Notes: a model not told the origin generated them from the letters alone. A stretch of 64,000 nucleotides of DNA from an uncultured Acidobacteriota bacterium (GCA_963827515.1 CAWHBF010000029.1:336092-400091); one strand, 5' to 3'; shown: positions 32,624-42,704, counted from the stretch's first letter. Numbers and translations are program-made.

Positions 32624-34105
32624 TCAGTTGGTGCCGCGCCTGTTCGCCGTCTCCACCAGCGCTGAGAATGGATCCATGCCGCCGTGCACGTGCACGAGCT
32701 GTGCGACGTCGAGCTTGCGCGAGCGGATGTGCTCGAGGAGGTTCGTCGTGTACGGACTCGACGGCAGCGGCTTGGCGCCCGGCGGACGCGGTGCGAACGC
32801 GTCGGCCTGCAGCAGCATCCGTTCCTTGGGCAGGTACACCACCAGCAGCGAGTCGGCGTGCAGGTTCCCGCTGAGGTGCAGGAGCTCCACCGAGCGCGTG
32901 CCGTCGGTGAGCACCCGCTTGTCGCCCACGCCCTCGATGACTGCTGCCTTCGGCGCGCGCGACAGTCGGTCGGGCACGATCTGCGAGGGGTTGCGGAAGA
33001 GCTTCTCGTAGTAGGCCTTGTTCGACTGGTGCGTCAGGATCGGAATCCCTTCGGCGACGACGGCCCGCAGCCCGCCCGAATGATCGCTGTGGTGGTGCGT
33101 GTTCACGACGTAGCGGATCGGCTTGCTCGGCGTCACGCGCTTCACCTCGGCCAGCATCGCCTCGGTCCGCTCCTCGTTGCCCGGCGCTTCGATCACCACC
33201 ACGTGGTCGCGGAACTCGATGAGGAAGCTCATGGGGATCCCGCCTTCGAGCGCCCAGAAGCCGGGCGCCAGCTCTTTGGCGGTGGCGCGGGCTGGCCCCT
33301 CGGCTGCCGGCGCACCGGCTGGGCGCGGCGGCGCGGTCAGGCTGGCCGCTTGGTCGCTGTTGGGCTGCACGCTGCTCACGCGCAGGTCAAAGGTCGGGAA
33401 CCCGCCCTGACGTTGCACGATGTGCATCGGGAACTTCACACCATTGACGTCGCGGTAGTCGCTGTAGACCGCCTCGAGCGCCATGTCGCCGTAGAGTGGG
33501 TTCGAGACCCTGGTCTCGACGCGCTCGACGAGGTTCTGCGCGTTGAGCGTGCCGCTGATCGCGTACTTGCCGTTGAATGCGGTGAACGAAACGACCTGCG
33601 CGCCGCGCTGGCCGGCCCGCACGGTGGCGGTGTTCGCGGCCGCACCCTTGAGAAAGCCATGCGGCGTCAGCCAGATCAGTAGCGCGCCATTCTCCGTCCG
33701 CCCGTCGCGCATTGCGCGCGTCGTCTGCGGGCCGAACGGGATCGGACGGATGCCGCCCTGCTGCGTCTCCGGTACGTAGGGGCCGGCGCCGCCGCCTTTC
33801 GGCGGGTTCTCATCGTCCACGCGGACGAACTCCTCGCGCATCACCGGGCCGCCGAAGTTGAGGGCTGCGTCGTACTTCGTAACGGTGAAGCGTGGCCACG
33901 GCCCTCCGGCGGTGTAGTTCTGGCCCACCGAGTAGCTCGAGCCGGTGGCGCTGTAGCTCACGCCTTGCAGCGTGGCCGTGCCCATGGCTCGGCTCGCCGC
34001 ATCCACCACTCCGCGCGCATCCTGCGCGCCGAGGTCGAGCGAGAGCGCCAGGCCGGCCAGCGCTCCGATCAGCAGCATCCTCTTCATACGTCGCTCCTCG
34101 GACAA
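32624..34105 (-). CDS. secreted MBL-fold metallo-hydrolase
   Basis: 493-aa ORF with a signal peptide. NTHHHSDHSGGLRAV (HxHxDH motif). Confidence 0.8.
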   Translation of the reverse strand: MSEERRMKRMLLIGALAGLALSLDLGAQDARGVVDAASRAMGTATLQGVSYSATGSSYSVGQNYTAGGPWPRFTVTKYDAALNFGGPVMREEFVRVDDENPPKGGGAGPYVPETQQGGIRPIPFGPQTTRAMRDGRTENGALLIWLTPHGFLKGAAANTATVRAGQRGAQVVSFTAFNGKYAISGTLNAQNLVERVETRVSNPLYGDMALEAVYSDYRDVNGVKFPMHIVQRQGGFPTFDLRVSSVQPNSDQAASLTAPPRPAGAPAAEGPARATAKELAPGFWALEGGIPMSFLIEFRDHVVVIEAPGNEERTEAMLAEVKRVTPSKPIRYVVNTHHHSDHSGGLRAVVAEGIPILTHQSNKAYYEKLFRNPSQIVPDRLSRAPKAAVIEGVGDKRVLTDGTRSVELLHLSGNLHADSLLVVYLPKERMLLQADAFAPRPPGAKPLPSSPYTTNLLEHIRSRKLDVAQLVHVHGGMDPFSALVETANRRGTN

Positions 34106-34108
34106 GTC

Positions 34109-34471
34109 CTAGAAATCGAGCTGGAGACTGACCTTCATCAGGCGCCCGCCCATGATCTGGATCGCGTTCAGCCACGCCGGGCCGTAGCGCGTGGTCATGT
34201 TCAGCACGTTGCTGGCGTTCATCAGGTTGTAGATGTCCACCGATCCCGGGAGTCGCGTCCGCGCCGCGAATCGGAAGACGCGCGTGCGCACCTTTTCGAT
34301 GAGCACCGGGCTCGCCACCTCTACGGTGACGCCGGGCAGCACGCCTCCGGACGCATCGCGAACGATGCCCGCCAGGCTGGCGGCGTCAGAGGTCTGGGCA
34401 GCTGTCGGCGCGGGCCTCGACAGCACCGCGGCGCAGGCGAACAGGACGAGCGCAACTCGGATCGACAGCAT
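34109..34471 (-). CDS. mini-ORF: an in-frame fusion of the N- and C-terminal ends of an acidobacterial-type TonB-dependent receptor (remnant)
   Basis: 120 aa. Signal peptide plus GIVRDASGGVLPGVTVEVASPVLIEKVRT (cf. GRVTDTSGGVLPGVTVTLTQ at the N-terminus of 44100-47378), joined directly to VDIYNLMNASNVL...IMGGRLMKVSLQLDF (cf. IESFNLLNNFNWG...RVMQFGIKYAF, terminal barrel strand ending in Phe). Confidence 0.6.
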   Translation of the reverse strand: MLSIRVALVLFACAAVLSRPAPTAAQTSDAASLAGIVRDASGGVLPGVTVEVASPVLIEKVRTRVFRFAARTRLPGSVDIYNLMNASNVLNMTTRYGPAWLNAIQIMGGRLMKVSLQLDF

Positions 34472-34610
34472 GTTTTCCTTCCGACGGGGGGACCGTAGCA
34501 GCGCCGCCGAGCTGTGTCAATGGGCGAATAGGCTCTCGCCAACCGCCGACGTGAGGCCAACGAGGGATTGGTGAATCGAAAGGCGGCTCATGGCGCTGGT
34601 GGCGCGCCGG

Positions 34611-34715
34611 TCACTGGCTTGAGTTCGGCGGCGAGCGCCTCGGCGATCCCACGAGGCCTACGGCGAACATAGTGAGGGTGACCGCGAGCAGAACCAGAAC
34701 GTTGCGGCGACTCAT
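34611..34715 (-). CDS. possible 34-aa single-TM micro-protein
   Basis: ATGA start/stop overlap with the RCC1-like gene. MSRRNVLVLLAVTLTMFAVGLVGSPRRSPPNSSQ. No homology evidence. Confidence 0.25.
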   Translation of the reverse strand: MSRRNVLVLLAVTLTMFAVGLVGSPRRSPPNSSQ

Positions 34716-35932
34716 GGCTGGTCGAGTCCGTCGAGCCAGAGCAAGATGGGAAACGGACTCAGGCCCGCTCCGCCCGATCCAGGTCGAGTCCACTCGCGCA
34801 CTTCTCCCCACGTCATCATCCGGCCCGATCCGAGCACGGCGATGTTTGTGCCGTCGGCGACTGCTATCGACGTCACATTCTCGAGACCCTGAACGAGGCC
34901 CGCACCGAGTATCGAACCCGGTCGCCCAGTCTCGTAGTGAGCGTTGCTCCCCCACGTCATCACAGCACCGGTGGTCGTGATTGCCGCGACGTGCGACCCG
35001 CCGGCAACGACAGCGCGAATACCTCGTGCCCCGACGACGGGCGCCGGCGTTGGCCTCGGTGACGGGTTTGTATACGTGGCGCCCCACTCCATGACGGTGC
35101 CGTCCGAGAGCAGCGCCACGGAGAAGTCCCACCCGGCCGAGATCGCGACGGCATTGCGCACACCGGCCACCGCGACGGGGCGGTCTCGATTGGCAGTGGA
35201 ACCGTCGCCAACCTGCCCGAACCTGTTGAATCCCCAGGCACGCACGGTGCCGTCCTTGAGCAGGGCGAGCGAGTGGCGATTGCCAGCGGCTATTGCTGTC
35301 ACGTTGGCGAGGTCGGATACGCGAACTGGGTACGGCACGTAGGGCATTACGCGCGCCGATTGCGTCTTGAAGGTGACCGTCGGCAACGGCCCGATGCCGA
35401 GTTGTCCGCCGTCGCCCCGACCCCACGCGTAGACACCGCCGTCCCGCGAGAGCACGAGAACGTGATCAGCCTTTGACGAGATGTCCACGGCATCCACCGA
35501 CGTGGCCACCGGCGTCGGGGTATTCGTCTTCATGCGCGGCTGCGCTCTCGTCTCGAACTCGGTGAGAGGCGTCGACCCGAGCTCACCAGAACCAGTGGCG
35601 CCACAGGCGAGCACACGTCCGTCCGCCAGAACCGCGAACGATGTACCCGATCCCGCAGCGGCCGCCACCACCGCCGAGGGGCAGGCGACTGGGTAGAGGG
35701 CGAAGTGATCGACGGGCCGCTCGTCCCCAAGTCCGAGGTATTCCGCGGCTGGCATCTCTTCGCCCCTGCCGATGTCCATGGAAAACGACTGCAGGCGCCC
35801 GTCAGGCCCCAGGAGAAGCCCGTGCCCTGGCCCCAGAAACAGACGGTGAGTCGACGTTGGTCGCGTCTGAGCGCCGAGACGAGCCGCCAACGGCAGCGCA
35901 GCCAGAAGGGCCATTGCTTCACGGCGATTCAT
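34712..35932 (-). CDS. secreted RCC1-like repeat (beta-propeller) protein
   Basis: ATG at 35932 with AAGGAG 7 nt upstream. Signal MNRREAMALLAALPLAARLGAQ. Repeats: HVLVLSRDGGVYAWGRGDGGQLG, NRHSLALLKDGTVRAWGFNRFGQVGDG, FSVALLSDGTVMEWG, SHVAAITTTGAVMTWGSN. Confidence 0.8.
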   Translation of the reverse strand: MNRREAMALLAALPLAARLGAQTRPTSTHRLFLGPGHGLLLGPDGRLQSFSMDIGRGEEMPAAEYLGLGDERPVDHFALYPVACPSAVVAAAAGSGTSFAVLADGRVLACGATGSGELGSTPLTEFETRAQPRMKTNTPTPVATSVDAVDISSKADHVLVLSRDGGVYAWGRGDGGQLGIGPLPTVTFKTQSARVMPYVPYPVRVSDLANVTAIAAGNRHSLALLKDGTVRAWGFNRFGQVGDGSTANRDRPVAVAGVRNAVAISAGWDFSVALLSDGTVMEWGATYTNPSPRPTPAPVVGARGIRAVVAGGSHVAAITTTGAVMTWGSNAHYETGRPGSILGAGLVQGLENVTSIAVADGTNIAVLGSGRMMTWGEVREWTRPGSGGAGLSPFPILLWLDGLDQP

Positions 35933-36823
35933 GGTTGGATCTCCTTTAGCCAGGCTTGGGCTGCCGCGCGCGCTGCAGACGTGGCCTCGGGTCCGACAAT
36001 CACGGCTTCCTGCCACATCCAGTTGCGTTGTCTGTCTGCCTTGTCGATGAACTCGATGCCATCGGCTCCACCCGTCAGACTGATCGGTACGGGCTGAAAA
36101 GTTGACATTCGCTGTCGCGTCGAGAAACTCCCTGAGCCGGCGGACAAGAATTCGTGTGGGATCGATGGGATATCGCTCGTCGTTGGCTTTCGACGATGCG
36201 TTGTCCCTGGCCGTTCTGTCGCCGCGCTCAATCTCAAGACCCGCTCGCAGCATCTTCGCGAACTCTCCGCTCGTGATCTTGGCCTCCTGTTCATCAATCG
36301 ACTTCAGGAGCTGCGCCGCATTCGCTGGTGGCAGTGAGGCGGCCATCTGCCGCGATTGGGCGATGCTTTGCTTCATCTCGTTGATCTGCGCTTGCACTTC
36401 TTCGTCGATCGACGGCTGGGCTGGCGTAGTGTCCGGCCCGATGACTTCGCGCCTGTGCTGCGCGTAGGCGGTTTTGAACGCGGCGGAGCCGACGTAGGCC
36501 TTGGCCCACGCGAAGAGAGCCGTGGCGGCAGGACCTCGCGCAGCCGCCGGAAGCTTGAAGAACGCGCGTCTGCCGGTCTCCACGATTGCAGCCCGGCGGT
36601 TGGTGCTCGTGGACTCGGCTTCGCGCATCACGAAGTTCCGGGCCGCCGCCTCGGTGAGGCCGAGCTGCGCAAGGGCACCCTGCGCAGCGAGTGTCCCGGC
36701 CCCGACGAGCAGAGCCGCGCCGAGCGCCGCCATCGAGAGCAGGGAGATGACGGCTCGTCGCGATCGGCTCACGGCGTCCTCATTACCGTGACCCGACGTG
36801 ACGAGTCGAGTCGTGTGAGTCAC
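35929..36823 (-). CDS. secreted hypothetical protein; frame disruption at the AAAA run ~36100
   Basis: GTG at 36823. Signal-like AVISLLSMAALGAALLVGAGTLAAQ. Body in the ORF 34712-36823 frame up to ...FLDATANVNF, then the ORF 35929-36297 frame (QPVPISLTGGADGIEFIDKADRQRNWMWQEAVIVGPEATSAARAAAQAWLKEIQP*). Its stop overlaps the RCC1 gene start (ATGA). Confidence 0.5.
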
Positions 36824-36830
36824 GGCGCGC

Positions 36831-38149
36831 CTACTTCTTGATGAACTCGACGCGTCGGTTGTTGGCTTTGCCGGCCGGCGTTTCGTTCTTGTCTACCGGC
36901 TCGCCTTCGCCCTTGCCGTCTGTGTCCATGCGTGCCGCGTCGATTCTTGAACTCGCTGACGAGCGCCGCTTTCACGGCGGCGGCCCTTCGCCTCGAAAGG
37001 TCGAGGTTGGCGGCGGTCTCGCCGTCCGAGTCTGTGTGACCGACAATGACGACGCGCACGTCGGCGGCTCTCGGTGAGCACGCCGGCAATCTCCTTGAGT
37101 GAGCCGTACGATTCACCCTTGATCCGGTCGCTGTTGACGTCGAACAGGATGCCGTGGCTGACCCACTTCCCCTGGGTGATGATCTTGTTGCGCGTGTCCG
37201 GCGCGCCGACCGCGAGGCGCAAGTTCCCGACGTAGTACTCCCCTGTGGGGTCATCGACGCGCAACCCAAAGACGAGCATGTTCAACTTTGCTGTAGCCAG
37301 AAACGCGCGCGGCAGGTCCCACACCTTCTCTTCGTTCAGGTACACGCGGATGCGCTGGCGTTGACGCCACATCGACACGTGAACGGGGTTGGCCGTCTTC
37401 GTGAACTGTGTGACGGACTTCGTGCTTTGGGCCGCCGAGTCCCCGTTCTGTCTCACCTGGGTTTCCGATGTTCCGGCGTCCCCGGCCCCGGGATTTAGTC
37501 GCAGGATGACCGAGTTGGGTGCAGCGCTCCAAGCCGCAGCCTCGCCGGACGGCAGATCGGTGATGACCGCGTTGAGAGGGTATCCCGAGAAGGTTGGCGG
37601 CGTGAGCACGTCGAACTCGAGCGTGAAGTCGTCGGGCAGCGCGTTGACGAACTCCGGCAGGTAAAAGCCGGTGCCAGCCAGTTTCAACCAACGCCCTGGC
37701 TTACCCGCAACTGTGACAATTTCTCCCGACGCGTTGGTATTCCACTTCGCGGGATAGTCGCCGACGGCGTCCTGAGTGAAGTCGTCTAGGGCGACGACTT
37801 TCTCGCCCGGAACGAAGTCGAACTTGCTGAACGCCTGAAAGGCAGGCGCGGCGTCGCGTCGCGAGGAGCCGTAGACGAAGCCGCTGGTGGCTGCGGGCTG
37901 AGCCGGCGCGGCCGGCAGGGGCCGCTGGTGCCGGTTCCTCGTTCTTGGCTGCTGCCTCCTTCTGGGCTTCAGACTCCTTCTTCGCCTGCTCCTCGGCCTC
38001 TTTCTTCTTCCGCAGTTCGTCCTGGGCCCTTCTTGGCTGTCAGCGCCAAGGCCTCCGAACTGGGCGTCGAGCGGAGCCGTCCCGAGCAGGGTCGTCATGA
38101 GAACCAGCGTCGTCACCGCGTGCAACAGCAGTAGTCGTAGGGTGCGCAT
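36831..38149 (-). CDS. OmpA-family protein (signal peptide, large N-terminal domain, OmpA C-terminal peptidoglycan-binding domain); at least 2 frame disruptions
   Basis: ATG at 38149 preceded by AGGAG. Signal MRTLRLLLLHAVTTLVLMTTLLGTAPLDAQ. Middle part in ORF 36893-38341. OmpA motif VRVVIVGHTDSDGETAANLDLSRRRAAAVKAALVSEF in the ORF 36820-37269 frame. The end, IDAARMDTDGKGEGEPVDKNETPAGKANNRRVEFIKK*, is in a third frame (TAG at 36831-36833). Shifts at ~37085 and ~36945. Confidence 0.7.
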
Positions 38150-38632
38150 CGGACTTCTCCTATTGGATCGAACGGGAATCGTCACGGGGGTTGGCGCGTG
38201 CCTCGGTTCGCCACGAGCGCGCGTCAGTTGGCGAAAAAGTGGCTCGAGGGCGCACATAGCAGAACATAGGGAGAGGGCAACCGACAAGCTCCGTTTCAAT
38301 CGAGAACGGCGCATCGTGGCGCCGGGCCAGGCGCAGGACATGAGTTTCGCGCTCGCACGCTATCTGCATTGACCTGACCGAGCGCGTGGCGGCATGCGCG
38401 ATGACTACCGCTGGCGAAGGCGTTTGGGCTCGTGCGGGCCGGGCAAAGCTGCCAAGAGCAGACACCGTCCGGTCGGGTTTGTCGCTGAATCGGGCCGTGT
38501 GCTTAACTGTCGCACCTACAAGCAGTTACACATTGCAAGAGCCCGTCAACCCTGTCGATATCACCCAGCTCCTGCACGAGCCTCGAGACCCTCGATCCCG
38601 CTTTCCCGGACTGAACGCTCGCCTTCCCGAAA

Positions 38633-39564
38633 TCAGCGTGCGGTGACCGCCCGGTAGGCCGCCTCGACATTGCTCGGCATCCGCTCCTGGTACGACCAGT
38701 CGGTGTATCCGGCATCCTCAATTCCTGCTTGACCTGCTCGAGCGTCCTGCCGGCACGCACCAGGGTGCCAACGCGCTCGAGAAGGAGCGTGTAGTAGCGC
38801 TCGTTGTCGTCGAAGATCTTCGTCGTGCCGAACGAACCGTGTCCAGGGACGACGATATCCGGATTCAAAGATCTCATCATCCTCATCGCCGCGAGCATGT
38901 CGGGGATCTGGACGAATGGTCGGATGTTGTTGATCGATCCGGGAAGCGCTACGGATGCCGCGAAGAGCACCCGCTCGTTTGGAAGCCACACCGCGGTGTC
39001 CGCCTCGCTGTGAACGCCGCGCATGTGTATCAGTTCGAAGGTCCGTTCCCCGACTCGTAACGTCGTCTTGTTCTGGTACTCAACGTGAGGCGTCACCAGG
39101 CGGTAGCCCTGCACAGCCTCGCGCATCTCCGGGGACTGCTTGGCGAGTGTGCTGGCTCGTTCCGGATCGAAAGCCTTTCGCATGGCATCGGATGCGCCGA
39201 CGTGATTGACGACGAGGGCGGGAGGAGAGAACACGAAATTGCCAGTCGTGTGATCGGGGTGCACCTCCGTATTGATCACGATGCGCACCGGGAGGTTCGT
39301 CAGCTTTCTGACAGCTTGCATCACCTCACGGGAGTCGATCAGTGTCTGACCTGTGTCGATGATGACGACCCCCTCTTCCGTGAGGACGATGCTGGAAGTC
39401 GAATTCACCTCGCGAGAGGACTGAACGTATATCCCGTCCTTGATCTTGCGGAAGTTCGGGCCGAGATCCTGCGCCCACAAGGGCGAGGTGAACAGGACAA
39501 GACAAGGAAGGCAGGCGATCAGGACGGCGGTTTTCGTGCGGTGCCCTGCATGAGTGTCAGTCAT
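38633..39564 (-). CDS. secreted MBL-fold metallo-hydrolase; frame disruption at ~38725
   Basis: ATG at 39564 (MTDTHAGHRTKTAVLIACLPCLVLFTSPLWAQ). INTEVHPDHTTGN and VPGHGSFG motifs. The C-terminus continues in the ORF 38633-38989 frame (IEDAGYTDWSYQERMPSNVEAAYRAVTAR*). Confidence 0.7.
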
Positions 39565-39667
39565 GCCGGCAAGGATAAACGAACTGGAGACAGGTGGAAG
39601 GGTCTTTATCGGGCAATTCGCGCTCGCGCACAGACCGCGCCTCCCGAAGGCCAGCAAAAAACGACTG

Positions 39668-40820
39668 CTAGAAGCTTACGGCCGAGGCATCGGCGAGAAT
39701 CTGGTCCCTGTAGACAGGCAACGACCAGCCCTGGCGCGTCAGTTCGTCAACGCGTTGCTGAACTTTCGTGACGTACGCTGCCTTGGTGCCGTACAGCTTC
39801 TTCAACTCGGCACTCGACAGCGCAATCTCGTATCCGGTGAGCCTACACAACTGATCGATACCTGCGTCACCACGAAGCGCCACCCACGGCACCGTGTTCG
39901 GCGTCGCCGGTACGGCGCCTTCGTTCGGAACGCCGTACTTCGTCACGGGCACGTCGACATAGGGGCTTCGAATGCCGCCCCTTGGATTGCCGAACTCGTC
40001 GAGGGCCATGAGTGAGCCATCATTCGCGACATTGCGGTCCACGAGCATTCTGTCCGCGCGTGGAGGAACCGTGCCGGCATCGACCCATTGCACGAGATGG
40101 TGGAGCGCCACCGACATATAGGTGCTCAGGGGGAACAAGCTGATCGGGTACTTGCACGGATTCGGCCTGAATGCCTCGACGTTGCGGGTGTCGAGGTGTG
40201 CCATCCCCGCAAACTCGTACACACGAAACTGGTCGCCTGGCGCGTCGCCGTCCTGGCGTGTTGGGAACGATCCTCCGCCGCATCGCTTCGGTCGTGGTGG
40301 GCACCTGGAATCATCGGCACGTCCACGGATCGGAGGTTCGCTCCATTACTCGTTCGGCAGAAAGCCGTCGTACGATCGGCTTCATGTCGCCGAGGCGGTA
40401 GACCATGTGGGCAGGAAGGATTTCCGCGAGCACGATGCCGCTGAACCGCGCACTGTCCGAGGGCCGTCGCACCACCAGTCGTGTCTTGTAAGGCTTGCCG
40501 CTCGCCACGCCCGTGACGAAGTATTCGGTGGCTTCGTACCTGAAGTGCGCCATGTCTCCTCCGGCGGGCAGAGACATCAGGGAGGAGAACGGCTGTCCGG
40601 GACCCGTCACGGCATCCGAGATCGACGCGAGGGGTGACACGATCGGCGCTTGAGGCAACGCCGCGGCCGGCTGCCCCTGTTGTGTTGGTGCGGCGCCTTG
40701 TCCGCGCTGTCCGGCGACCGGTAGTGGCGCCTGCGCCGCCAGGGTGACGAGACCCGCCGTCGTCGCCCCGACGGCCAGGACCGTGGCGAGGGAGCCCGTG
40801 CGACGACAATGGGATGGCAT
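39668..40820 (-). pseudogene. disrupted alpha/beta-hydrolase-domain protein (N- and C-terminal parts in different frames, middle apparently shortened)
   Basis: N-terminal part from ATG 40820: signal peptide, then FRYEATEYFVTGVASGKPYKTRLVVRRPSDSARFSG. C-terminal part is ORF 39668-40222: RVYEFAGMAHLD...LHHLVQWVDAGTVPPRADRM...GNPRGGIRSPYVDVPV. The ~200 nt between them has stops in every frame I read. Family assignment is from memory. Confidence 0.45.
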
Positions 40821-40841
40821 AGGGAATAGAATAGCCCGCGA

Positions 40842-42047
40842 ATGAGCGAGGAGGAAGGTTCCATGGTCACGCCCCGCACCGTTGCCACACGCACGCGTGT
40901 GTCGGCATCCACGTACTTCGTGCTCGTCGCAGCGGCGTTGGCCGTAACGTTTGCAGCGAGGATTCCTGCACAAGACAAGCCCGCTCCCGCACCGGTGCCT
41001 CCAGCCGGAGTTCAGGCCCTTCCCGTTGACCTCTTCACGACCAAGAACTTCTATCGCGATCGGCAGCACTGGACGGACCCGCGATACGCGCGGTGCAACA
41101 CTCCCAGGCAACTGACGGACATGTGGACCGCCAACAGGGTCGGCCAATGGGGTGACTGCACCCTCGATCGCGAGGTCGCGAAGATCGTCACACCCTACGC
41201 TTACAAGACAGCCGGCGAACACTACGCGGCGCTGATGGCCGAAGCACGGAAAGCCGGAGGACCGACGGTCCATACGCGCCAGACGCTCCCCAACTGGGAC
41301 GGGCGATATCGCCGAGGTGCGCCGGGCGAACAGTGGATCTGGGGCCGCAACCTGCAGACAGCGACGATGATCTCGCTGCTCACGCCCGAGTACCAAAAGC
41401 GCATGGTGCAGCACAATTTCCATGAGGTCGTGAACAACTCACCGCAGTGGAACGCCGCCTTCTGCTACCCCGAAGGACTGATGCGGTGGTGGGCGCAGTT
41501 CTCGCTTGGAGGGACCATCGAAGTGTTGACGACGCCGAATCAGGTGCAGTTCCTGAGCGGTATCGCCGACAACTTGCTTCGCAAGGTGCACGTCGGACAG
41601 AAGCACGTTCAGGAGGTACCGCAGTGGTACGGCGAAACAGTCGGTTTCTGGAATGGCAGCACGCTCGTGACGTGGACCGCCAACGTTCAGGGTTGGACGT
41701 TGTCGCACTCGATGTTCGAGTTCAGCAGCGCGATGGAGATCGTCGAGGTGTTCAGGCCCAGTGCGGACGGTAAGACGATCACCGTCGAAGCCACCTTCTA
41801 CGATCCCGAAGCCTTTACGCGGCCGCTGCACACCGTGACGCCCTGGGAACTCGCCGGCGGCCCCGACGATCCGAATGCCAGGCACACGTTCGTGGAGTGT
41901 CGCGTGCAGAGCACGATCGTGAACGGACCCGATGGCCGGCCGACGCAGTTGACGTTCATCGACGAGGGGTACGTGGACTACTTCGGGCGGCCATGGGCGC
42001 AGAATTGGGAGAAGCACTTCGAGCAGGGCTGGGAACGGCCCGAGTAG
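40842..42047 (+). CDS. secreted hypothetical protein, paralog A of an uncharacterised family (see 48081 and 48973)
   Basis: 401-aa ORF with a signal peptide ([20 protein letters not shown]). Shares core blocks with the two other paralogs: CYPEG..., [24 protein letters not shown]...[15 protein letters not shown]. Confidence 0.7.
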   Translation: MSEEEGSMVTPRTVATRTRVSASTYFVLVAAALAVTFAARIPAQDKPAPAPVPPAGVQALPVDLFTTKNFYRDRQHWTDPRYARCNTPRQLTDMWTANRVGQWGDCTLDREVAKIVTPYAYKTAGEHYAALMAEARKAGGPTVHTRQTLPNWDGRYRRGAPGEQWIWGRNLQTATMISLLTPEYQKRMVQHNFHEVVNNSPQWNAAFCYPEGLMRWWAQFSLGGTIEVLTTPNQVQFLSGIADNLLRKVHVGQKHVQEVPQWYGETVGFWNGSTLVTWTANVQGWTLSHSMFEFSSAMEIVEVFRPSADGKTITVEATFYDPEAFTRPLHTVTPWELAGGPDDPNARHTFVECRVQSTIVNGPDGRPTQLTFIDEGYVDYFGRPWAQNWEKHFEQGWERPE

Positions 42048-42112
42048 CGGCCAGCGTGGCAGGTCCCCGGACTCCGGGTACCGTGTCGAGGCATACTTGA
42101 GGAGGAGGCGTC

Positions 42113-42577
42113 GTGAGAGAAACAACACCGAAGTCATCGTGGGTCGCGTGGGCCGTCGGCGTCCTGCTGCTCGCGGTCATGGTGGCCCCCGCCCTGTCGC
42201 ATCACTCGTTCGCCATGTACGACCTGACGAAGACACGCACGATGACCGGCAAGCTCGTCCGGTACATTCCCGGCGCCAATCACGCGCAGCTCGTGTTCGA
42301 CGTCCTGGATGACAGCGGCAAGCCGGTCATGGAGAAGGGCAAGCCCTTGCAGTGGGGTGTGGAGACCGCATCCGCCGCGGCGCTGGCGCGCCAGGGTGTC
42401 ACGCCGAAGGCCTTCCCTGACGGCACGATCTTCACGGTGATGTTGCACCCGCTGAGAGACGGCCGGCCCTTCGGCGCGATGGCGGGGTTGCTCATCAAGT
42501 GCGGCTCCACGATGCCTGCCGGCGGCTGCACCAAGGAGACAGGCCAGACGCTGATCTCCGGCGGCGGCCCCGACTGA
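42113..42577 (+). CDS. small secreted protein with predicted mature N-terminus HHSF (DUF6152-like)
   Basis: 154-aa ORF. Signal peptide ...LLLAVMVAPALS, then HHSFAMYD. Same architecture as 47630-48055. Confidence 0.7.
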   Translation: MRETTPKSSWVAWAVGVLLLAVMVAPALSHHSFAMYDLTKTRTMTGKLVRYIPGANHAQLVFDVLDDSGKPVMEKGKPLQWGVETASAAALARQGVTPKAFPDGTIFTVMLHPLRDGRPFGAMAGLLIKCGSTMPAGGCTKETGQTLISGGGPD

Positions 42578-42704
42578 CGCCCTCACTCTCCACTAGGCCA
42601 CGCGAGTCTAGCGGCAGACTACAGAGACTCTAGCACGAGTCAGAAGATGCTCAAGAGCCTCTGTGCCTCTGTGTCTCTGTGGCCCGTGTATGTAGAGAAC
42701 GCTC

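Noticed and set aside
34109-34471. Mobile-element-mediated deletion of the TonB-receptor gene
   Set aside because: No transposase, IS ends or direct-repeat scars were recognised around the mini-ORF, so the mechanism of the deletion cannot be assigned from this window.
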